Shown here in pieces: positions 1 to 10,123 of a stretch of 64,000 bases of DNA (position 1 is the first letter of the stretch; each line of letters starts with the position of its first letter). The position numbers and the translations under genes were made by a program. The notes under the pieces are model-generated. The model was given only the letters and a program-made list of their open reading frames with translations, was not told the origin of the DNA and made no database searches. Source of the DNA: Azolla caroliniana (lineage: Eukaryota > Plantae > Polypodiophyta); NCBI GenBank assembly GCA_043228905.1, contig JBHGNT010000018.1, positions 4,092,001 through 4,156,000 on the forward strand, written 5' to 3'.

Positions 1-30
1 TTATGTTTTTGCATATACTTTCTTAAATAG

Positions 31-3000
31 GTCGTTTGAGAACCTGTCGGACCGACCCGTGAAGAAAATAAAGCTTCGCATACAGGGTTCTCCAATCGAA
101 GCCCAGACCAAGGTAGCTCCTGAGACCATGAAGAGAGGAAAAAAGCTTCTCTTTAACGAAGAGACAAAATCTCAGCCACATATTGATGTTAGCCAAAAGA
201 AACTTGTCGCCGCTACTGGAGGTGAAGACCTTCCTGACTGAGATCTAATGGACAAGGAATGGTGTATGCAATATGTTGACTCAAAGAAAAAAGTCGTATT
301 GTATACAACAAAGAAGAAGGGTGAGGGGCAGCTTGGAAAGGAAACCCCATTTATGTATGGCCGTATTCTACGATTTGACTATGAAGATGCAGATTAGGCC
401 AACATACTGGTAATGATAGAGTGCTCCAAGGGGGTACGTAAAGTGTTCCTTTCAGAAGACCTTTTAGTAAAGGAATCTTGTGGGCCAGAAGCATTCAAAA
501 AAGATCTTGAAAGCTCACAAAACCTTATTGTTACCTTGAGGCCTTATATACAAGGCCATGTAACTCTAAGAGATGAAGTGCCCTCCCCATTGAAGGCCAC
601 AAAAAGGGTATCCAAAGTCCAGTCAAGACCACCAAAGAAGAAGACAACCAAAATGTCGGACACGGATTCAACAAGTGAAAACGAAGAGGAGGATAATAAG
701 GGGACGCCAGGAGCTGAGCTGGCCTCAGGTGTTTTGTCATTCGAGCAGAATAAGATAAGGAGAGAGTTAATGCAACGGAAACTGGTCAGGAAAGGGCAAG
801 TGTTTAATTTGCCTATAACACACATCCATTGGCCCCTTATTGATGAAAAAACAGGTTGACGACCACTTGAGATTAGAGAGCCACACCGCATGCATGTTCA
901 AAATCTCAAGAAAAAAATGAAAATTAATCCTCATGCCACTGTGGTGCCTTTTATTGTTATGGTAGATCTTGAAGAATGTGAAACCATTAAAGATTTTGAT
1001 ATTAGAAAGCATGATCAATATAATTATTTTGTCATTGGTGGATCGCATTCAGCAGAGGCACGTCGGCAACTTGTGAGAGAACATCCAACAACTTTCTTCT
1101 TCAAGTATGCCGAGTGCAAAATTTATGTTGGGCTCACAACCGAAGAGGCTAAGCTGTTGGCATGGGACCATAATAATGATAATGACTATAGGTAGAAAAT
1201 GTTGTCCATTGAGCGTATACGGTTCTTCCACCACGAGTATTTAGACGTGAAACAAAAGTTTGGTGTGAAGTTACATCCAGGCCTCGACGTCAATGTCTGT
1301 ATGAAGTCGGCATTGTGGTAGATGATAATGTTAGGTCCGATGGTCTTCGAAAGTATGAGTCTTGGTTTCAATTGGCGTTTAGAGATGGAGAAGTATGGGA
1401 CCTACAAGATCAAATCTTCTCAATGTGGGAGAATAAGAAGGTAAAGGGTCAACGACAAAAGAAATGTAGGGTTGACCCTCAACTAGAGTTAAAGTCACAA
1501 GCCGCCAAGAAAATTGACTTGACAATTGAAGAAGCGGCAGACGACATGAAGCTGTCTCTATGGAGAGCGATGCAAGGTATTAAGGACGAGTAGCTTCTTG
1601 TGTCGGTTTTGTCAAGGGTTGTGGCGAAAGATTTAAGCCTTGAAGAAATGGTCACTGAGTTCAATAAGTAAGTCTTTCAAATACTGAAATTGTAGTCTAT
1701 CTGGTGTAATTCAAAGTTCTAATCTTGATTTCTAATTTTACAGTCATAAGGTGTACATGAAGATCCAAGAAGTTATGATGAAACAACTTGGATGTATAAC
1801 TTGGGAACAAGTGACCGAGGATTATCCTCTAACGTCTTCGTATAAGGCGTTATCAGAGTATTTTATTGCATTCAAGGATTGGGTTAGTATTCATGGTTTT
1901 TCATTACCCTTTCATCATATGTAGAGCTTGTATAATAATACCTGATGTCCTATTGCTTCTATTAGAAACCGTGTCGAGGCAAGAAACAAGGAGAAGTTAA
2001 GGATATACACGATTTCCCTACATCCTTCCTTGCACATCTCGAGCGAGCCAGAAAAGAAAAGGATCGTCGCTTAGTCAAGGCGTACGAAATGGAGGAAGAT
2101 GGCTCCTTTAAAAAATTTAGCCACAAAAAAGATATTACGAGAGATCTTTACTACAATGTGGTTTGTGGTGATGTGCTCGACTTGATCCAAAAGGTGCCAA
2201 AGAAGGAATATACGCTAATGATTGCGGATATTCCTTACGGATTTCGAATGGCTGGGTCATCATACGACGATGAACTGTTTAGGTTTAAACAATTGGAGAA
2301 GATGGTCAAGGATTTCGCTGAGCTAACGACCGCATCCTTGTGGCGAATAGTTGTCTTTCATAGTATGGACCAAGGGTACTCGGTAGCTCAAGCTTTGAGA
2401 TCTCGTTGCCATGGCATCGAGAACCTTGCATGGTAAGGATTATTTATAGGTGTCTTTCACTATATTGCATTTCTTAAGGTTGTTGAATCTATTCTTAACT
2501 CGATGTATTATTTTTTATAGGATCAAGACCAATGTAAATAGAGGGCCAACTTTTCGGTTCGTTAATGCCATTGAATACATAACGGTTGGCTACTTCGATG
2601 AAATTAAGAAACAAAGAATCAAAGAGCATTCGAATGAAGTGGGAGGTTCAAATCTGTTGGTATATCCAGCAGTGACACGGAAATTGCGACATGTCACCAC
2701 GACAGAACGGGGACTTGTCAACCCATACCAAAAACCTCAACGACTTATGATGCGCTTGATCGAGATGTTTTTTGTCGAAGGAGACTGGATATTAGATTTC
2801 TTTTCTAGCACAAGTATTCCTCGAACTAGGGTAATGATCTTGAGATAACCAATCCCTTTTTCTTTCGTTTGACAACTAAATCTTCTTGTTACTTACATCA
2901 CAGGAACTACGTCTGCATGTGCATTGAAGCTTTTTAGAAATACAGTTGCATTGGAGAAGGACGAGGACCAAGTTATATTTATTAATATGCGGATTAAGGC

Positions 3001-3256
3001 TTTGTGGGAGTGCCCAGACCAGGATGAGGAGGTCGGTGCAAAGAACCTCGCCAATACAGAAAGGTTTCAACCTGCTTCGCGAGAGCCTATTCCTCCGTTA
3101 GCCGACGAACCGGGGGAGCTAATAGAGCTTGATGATGAGCTTATAGAAGATATTTCGTTGGCTCGGCTAATGGGGGAAGCCAATGCACGTATAACCGAAG
3201 AGAGTTCTACACAAGATGATGAAGAAAATGACGTTGATGAATTGATTGCTATGTAA
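31..3256 (+). pseudogene. Intron-containing ParB/Srx-like domain + beta-class N6A/N4C DNA methyltransferase fusion gene (5' end probably outside the window; disrupted by stops and one frameshift)
   Basis: Exons about 31-1667, 1744-1882, 1966-2432, 2521-2813 and 2904-3256. GT-AG introns 1668-1743, 1883-1965, 2433-2520 and 2814-2903 each join in frame when translated by hand. ParB-like: HVQNLKKKM..PFIVMVD..YFVIGGSHSAEARRQL..EEAKLLAWDHN. MTase: VVCGDVLDLI, IADIPYG (motif IV), NPYQKPQRLMMRLIEMF..GDWILDFFSSTRTTSACALKLFRNTVALEKD (motifs X/I/II). Stops at 239, ~394, 857, 1193 and 1591; frameshift near 1287. Confidence 0.85.
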
Positions 3257-3675
3257 TAGACTCTATGAAGAAAATGACACTGACGATTTGTTAGGATTTC
3301 ACATTATTAATACAAATTTTGGGTTTTACCTAGTGGATTCTATTCTTTATAATCTTCTATATGTTTCAATTTTATTTTTATATACTTGATTAGTAGATTT
3401 ATGACATTGGTTTCACCGCGTGCATAGTTGACTACCAAACTTATGGAGAAACATGAACTAGTTTAAATTGAGGCTGATTTTGGTCCAAGCTAACCTTAAC
3501 AGAACATAGCCCTATAATTGTTGCCATGACTGTCCATGTTGTTATTAGGGATCTTTGTCTTCTATTGTTAAAACTATTATGTTTCTATTCCATTGCTGCT
3601 TAGATTGTGTAGTGTGTTGATAATGGTTCCAGTTGCGTTATCGTTCGGAGTTTGATCTTGTGTGAATCACCTAAG

Positions 3676-3920
3676 CAATAGAGTAGATCAATTTTAAATA
3701 CAGGTATGAAAGCCTATTAGGTTTGTTATTTCCACGACATTATCCTAAAGTTCACTGCCTTACATTGTCCACAATTATAAACATATGGTTTGATCCCATA
3801 TGAACAAACTGAGGAATAGATTAGATCAACTTTAAATACAAGTATTGAATACTTTAATAAGTTAGTTATTCCAATCAATTATCCTAATGTGCACTATCCT
3901 ACATTTTCCACAATTACATA
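3676..3920. repeat. Imperfect tandem duplication of about 135-140 bp downstream of the MTase gene
   Basis: aatagagtagatcaattttaaataca...ttatcctaaagttcactgccttacattgtccacaatta recurs as aatagattagatcaactttaaataca...ttatcctaatgtgcactatcctacattttccacaatta. Confidence 0.7.
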
Positions 3921-4289
3921 CATGCACGTATGGGTCAAAGTATAAATTATATCTCATTTTATTAGTATGGATACAAGTACACCTGATATTTTTGTAAAAC
4001 TTACCTAATTAATATAAGTCTTTAAGTTAGTGTTTCCCTTGTCGCACAGTAGTGACATATTGAGCCCTAGTTGAACTTTATTATGCCTACATTAACTTAT
4101 CAACATGTCTAAACTTGCATGATTTCTAATGATCTCCACTCGTAGATCTATCATGTATTTTTATATTTGCAAATTCTCATCAAGTTGAGGAACATGTGAT
4201 ACTAGTGCATCCAATTTTTGTAGAGAGGGTGTATTTGCTTCGTTTTAAGAAGATTCTACAAGTGGAATGCGCAATCCTTCCACTTGTGA

Positions 4290-7200
4290 ACGCGAACGTG
4301 TTTTACTAGTAATACGAAAAGGACTGCCGAGTCGTCGATAATCCAACTTGTCGCACGGTCGAGTAGTCTTGATGTGACGACGTAAGAGCCATACGCGATC
4401 TCTAATGGCAAAAGAGGAGGGAAGCCGATGACGATCCTCATAAGTCTTCTATGTGTGTTGAGCATGACGAAGATGAGTAGAGAGATCCATTTGGATCTTG
4501 CATAGCCTCTCCAAATGATCCTCGGCACGAGGATTGGCAGGTAGCTCCGGGGTGTCAATCACTGACCAACGAGGATGAGAATTGGTGTAAGCGTAAAATG
4601 GGGAGACTCGAGTGAGGAGTGAACAACATTATTATATGCAAACTCTGCAAGTGGAGAATCTCGGCCCAATTGTCTTGTTGATAACTCAGAAAACATCGGA
4701 GATATTGTTCCAACGTTTGGTTTGTTCGTTCCGCCTGCCCATTGGTTTGGGGATGAGGTTGCAAGAGACCTTGAGCATCTTGAAGAGATGCTGCCAAAAT
4801 TTGGAGACGAATTGAGGTTCTCGGTCACTGATGATACTGTTTGGGAGGCCATGATGCCGAAATACCTCACGCATGACAAGGGCGGTGGTTTCCTCGCTAG
4901 TGATGGCCTTAGTACACGGCACAAAATGTGCCATCTTGGTATATTGATCGACGACGGTTAAGATAGCATCGAACCCCTTCGAGACCGGCAGATCTGTGAT
5001 AAAATCAAGACAAATAGATTGCCACGGCTTACTTGGAATCGGTAAAGGTCCCAACAAGCCATATGGATGGTGTTGGGGGCATCTTTGCTCGGCAGCAAGC
5101 ATCACAAGTCCGAACGTAGTCGTTGACAAAACGTCGCATATGGGGCCACCAAAAAGATCGTTGAACGAGATCCAACGTCTTAGTACTACCGAAATGTCCC
5201 ATCGTATGGGTGTTGTGGCAATTTTGGACGATTTGAAGGCGATAGGAGCAATCGGGGACATATACAAGCTTTTTAAAGAATAACAAACCATCATGATATT
5301 CGAATTGTCGGTAGTCCATACCTGGTTGTTGAGATTGGGAACAAGATGCCCGAGAGGTATCAATGTGCGCCAGAATGTCTTGAGCAAAACTGTCTGTCTT
5401 CAAGTTCGCACGTATGGCATTGGTAATCCGGGAATCCATTGGGGTGTGAAAAATCCGCGTTGTGTGCAATCGTGTTGGTCCCAAGATTACTTGCTTTTGA
5501 TTATCAAACGCTGGATCACCAGGACGAGGTGCAAGATATGAACGCCGTGATAGCGCATCTGCTTTTCCTTGTTGCTTCCCCAGTCAATATGTGATTTTGA
5601 AGTCGAAACACATGAGGAATTGAGCCCACCGAGCTTGTCGTCGATTTAGCACCCGAGCGTTCTGGAAATAAGCAAGGTTTTTGTGATCACTAAAGACGAT
5701 GACCTGATGTGGAGAGCCCTCTAAGAAATGCCGCCATTGCACAAAGGAATCCACGATGGCTAATAACTCCTTATCATGTATTTCGTAGTTGATTTCCGCG
5801 GCATCGAATTTGCGTGAATGGAAAGCCACAGGATGTAACTCTTCTTTATCTCCTTGTTGAGAAAGGATGCTACCGAGGGCGAAATCCGATGGGTCGGCCT
5901 CCATGATGCTACCAACCGTGGAATTTGCCACTCTAGCACAGTTTGGACTTTAGCTGGATCCATGGAGATGCCCTTTGAGGAGATGATGTAGCCTAGAAAT
6001 TCCACTTGCTTGCAGTCAAAGCTACATTTTTCTAGCTTGGCATAAAGACCATTCTCGCGGAGTCGTTTTAGTACTAATTGTACATGAGAATCGTGCTCTT
6101 CCTGGGTCTTCGAATAAATCAATAGATCATCCAGATAGATGATCAAACATATATCCAAGAGGTCTCTGAATATATCATTTGCCATGTGTTGGAAGACTGC
6201 GGGTGCATTGGTTAGACCGAACGGCATAACAGTATATTCGAAATGTCCATACCGCGTGCGAAAGGTGGTCTTCCATTCATCTCCCGGTCGGATCCGCACG
6301 AGGTTATACGCTCCTCGTAGATCAATTTTTGTAAAAAACTTGGCACCATTAACTCGCTCTAAATGACTTGATATAAGAGGAAGTGCATACCTATTTCGGA
6401 TGGTGACTTTATTTAAGCCGCGGTAATCAATGACGAGACGAAGTGAGCCATCTTTCTTCTTGACAAAGAAGATGGGTGCACCGGCCGGAGATTTCGAATG
6501 ACAAATAAACCTGTTTGCCAAGTTCTCCTCTATGTAGGCTCGAAGGACTTCTAACTCGGTGGGGGACAAGTTGTAAATTGGTCCCCATGGTGGCTCTGCT
6601 CCCGGTTGTAGATCGATGGGACAATCATAGGGACGATGATGAGGAAGAGTACCGACTTTTACCTTGTCAAATACATCGGCATAAGGATGATATTTCGTCG
6701 GAAGTTGTACTAAGGATTCCTCCTTAATAGTGCTGGAAGGATGTACTGATATTGCAAATAGGAACATTGCCTCCTTGTGTTCTTCGCATAATTGATGTAG
6801 TGAAATGATCGAAACTCAATGAGTAGATTCTTGGGGTTGTCGATGTTAGACTTCTCTTGTTCTCCAATCTATGTCTGGATTATGTAATTCAAACCAAGGT
6901 AGTCCTAGGACAATGGGATGCTCTGGACTACTAATTATATTAAATGCTACTACACACAAAACTACCTAGGACAACTTGAATGGGTTTTGACTCTTCTACA
7001 ATATTCCCAGAAGAAATGAGACGACCATCAATGACTACTACAGATGCAGGGCAAGGAAGTTTTCTTAAGGATATCTGAGAAGCTTGGGCAAAATTTCGAT
7101 CCATGAAACAAGAATTAGCTCTGGAATCTAGAAGTGCTAGGACATGTATTGGGGGAGTACTTTTAGTACTAACCATGACTTGGGCTAGGAACACATTGCT

Positions 7201-8878
7201 AACTTGCTTGGAGGGAATGGAACCACTAATGGGTTGTACAGATCTAGGGTTGTCCAACCAAATGGCTCCTATTTTGGATGGACTCAATCATTTAACTCTT
7301 CATCTAATTGACTAAGGATTTCAAATTTGTTTGAGATACTTGGGCTATTAGTACTATTAATACTATCTGACACTCCTAAGGGAAGAATTGACTTGGGTTT
7401 AGTACATGCTACGATTTGATTTACTTGTCTTCTTGGCCTATGGGGACAATTGATTGCAATATGCCCTGGTCCACCGCAATAAAGACATAATCGATTTGCA
7501 CGTCGTCGTTGCTTTTCTTCTCCCGATAATGGGCCACGTCGACGCATGGTATCAATCTCCATCGGTGTTGGAGTATTTGCTTGTGGTATGTCTCGTGCAA
7601 ATGGTTTAGCTGCGACTGAGGCGTAAGTGGGCTCCGGCCTAGAGCGTGGTATCTGTAATTGACATTCCAAACACCGTTCGAAAAGGCTATTGTCACATTG
7701 GACCGCTTGACTGATTGCCTTTGTAAGAGACTTTGGTTCTTCGGGGAATGTTAGAAGTAGATCTTTGACATCGTTTCGCAGGCCGTAGCGAAACTGCTCC
7801 ATTAGTGCCCGATCATCCCAGGGGATATCTGAAGCGAGTAGACGGAAATCCTCCGTGTAGGCAGAGGCTGGACGATCCCTTGACGCAACCGTCGGATTTT
7901 GTTGATCGCCGTCCGGATGCTATCTGTATCTCCAAAGCAAGCTTTAAACTCACAAATAAAGTCTTCAAAGTTATTCAGTAAGGACGATTGTTTTTCCAGA
8001 AGCAGAGCAAACCATGCCAAGGTTGAGCCGCTAAGCAACGTGCCTATTAGACCGACTCGGGATGCATTAGTGGGGTATCGAGAAGGATGCATTTGAATGA
8101 GTAAGCGTACCTGATTGAGAAATCCCCTAAATTGCGATCGTGTTCCATCAAATTTCATAGGAAGTCCAATCTTGGGCTCTTTATGAAATCCGTGGGGACT
8201 TGATCCTTGTTGTTGCAACGCTGCTTCAAGTTGTTGCACACGTAACGCTAACTCCCCATGTTGCTGTTGCAACTCCCCATGTTGTTGCTGCGTTTGCTGT
8301 TTTTCTAAGGCGATTTGTTGAAGATGCCCTAACAACCGCTGGTTTTCTTGTTCCAAGGCAACAAATTTTTCTTTTAGACATTATAGCTCGGAGAAAACGG
8401 ATTGGTATTCTTGGGCGCTAACAGAAGCCATTGTATAGAAAAAGGATAAGAGGATGAGGGAAACCAAAAGAAAGACTAGAGAGGAAAATTGGTTCAAATT
8501 GTCAGGAATAGTACTAAAACAAAGAGAGAATTAGTACTAGAGAAGGGAAGTACTATTAGTACTAAGAGGACGAGACTGCGTAAGACTCCCGAGAGGGAGG
8601 AATGAGAAGAGGAGAGAGAGAGAGAGATAGTGAGGACGAGAGAGAGAGAGAGAGAGATGATGATAACAGATGATATATTATAGGAAGAGTAAGTACAAGA
8701 TGGCTATGAGGCTTAAGATTGGCGTTGAACCAATTTGGTTCAACATAATGCCTAGTGCCTTCTTTTATAGTGTTCTCAGGAGTAATCTTGAAGCTTCTAG
8801 AATGTTCCAGAGAAATCTGGAATATACATTAATTTCCTATAATAAAATTTAAATGAAAATAATATCCTACGTATTACA
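4290..8878 (-). mobile_element. Ty3/gypsy Tf2/Tcn1-like LTR retrotransposon, 3'-truncated and degenerate
   Basis: gag 7284-8356 (KFDGTRSQFRGF, CLYCGGPGHIAINC), protease LLDSRA (~6800-7287), RT YLDD (5920-6767), RNase H (5584-5931), integrase [12 protein letters not shown] (4300-5484). 5' LTR about 8500-8878. Confidence 0.9.
8500..8878 (-). repeat. 5' LTR of the Tf2-like element (distal end tentative)
   Basis: TG at 8500, gtattaca at 8871-8878, TATAAAA on the minus strand at 8769-8763, GA-rich tract. Confidence 0.6.
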
Positions 8879-8879
8879 A

Positions 8880-8947
8880 TAGATGGAATAATGGTCAAGA
8901 GCTCGACCCATATAACATAAGGTCATGGGTTCGAGTCTTGCCATATC
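8880..8947 (+). other. tRNA-like / SINE-head remnant
   Basis: A-box-like TGGAATAATGG and B-box GGTTCGAGTCT at tRNA-like spacing; no convincing cloverleaf. Confidence 0.4.
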
Positions 8948-9559
8948 ATGGCACTCCTCATAACTCCCACCACCGATGAGTCCGAATTCAACTCCAAGTC
9001 CTACCTCCACGACTCCCTCTTCGTACACTATTATGATTGGTTGTATGATTGGTTGGCTGACATCCATGAATCTCCTGCCTCCCACCACCCGAACCATGAG
9101 CCCTGAGGTTATGGTGACCTCTCATTCTCAGTGATCCAATCCTTCTCCAAATTTGACAACTCATAGAGAATTGGAACTAAAATTTCACCTATATGTATGG
9201 AAAGAATGTATATAATAGCAAGGAGGTCCTTGTGATCATCCACTATGCAAGCTCCTTTTCCTTCTCTCTTCGTCCCTCTCTCTTGTCACCCAACAATCAT
9301 TGCCTATGGTTTCCTGTCAGTCTCTCTCTCAAGTTCTAACTTCTAACCATCTAATTTCTAACCATCTAATTTCTAACTTTCTAAACCATAACGATTAAAT
9401 CACATAAAACGGCTTAACCGGTTTGAGCCGGTTTGGAAAGGCTCAAGCCAAGCCGAGCTCAAACTATTTAGGTAGGCTCAAGCCTAAGCGGAGTTGAGCT
9501 GAGCCGCTAAACCGTTTAAAACCGTTTTAGCTAAATGGTCAAGGCTTGAGCCAATCCAT

Positions 9560-10043
9560 TGTTACCCGTTCCTTTGGGTGAACACCTTCGATAGACCTGC
9601 GGCTATCGGTATCCAAGGGTGTGGTATGTGAAGGCTCGTAAACAGAGGCGTCGTGAGGGAGAAAATAATCAGAGATAAAACACTAGCGAGATCTTGATAG
9701 GCGTGGATGACGCTAAAATCATAAGTACGAGAAAAAGCACAGACACATGGAGCAAGATGGGCACAAATCAGATATATATTACTGCAACACCAAAAGGATT
9801 ACAGAACACGGCCTACGGCCGGTGACCTTACAGGATTATCTAGTTACGATGGAATATGCTAGTTCTTCTGCCTATATTTTTTGCCCCCCTCTGAGGTACT
9901 GGACCTCGTTTAAATAACGTTTTCCTAATACACAACCGAGCCCGTGATACTCAGACTCGGTGTTCGCTGGCATTCTTACCTACTTGGTTACACTACCGCC
10001 GTTCGCTAATTTCCTAATTTACATTTCTGTCCTCTGGACAACA
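9560..10043 (-). repeat. 3' LTR
   Basis: Near-identical to 19380-19850. Confidence 0.92.
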
Positions 10044-10123
10044 CCTGGCATGCCCGTGGGATAGGACATTGTCCGTCGGACCCATGATTTACAAAATAAT
10101 AATAAAGTTACAAAAATTGCCCT

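Noticed and set aside
1-3256. Bacterial or phage contamination as the source of the MTase
   Set aside because: Four frame-restoring spliceosomal introns and TE-like decay indicate a eukaryotic nuclear locus.
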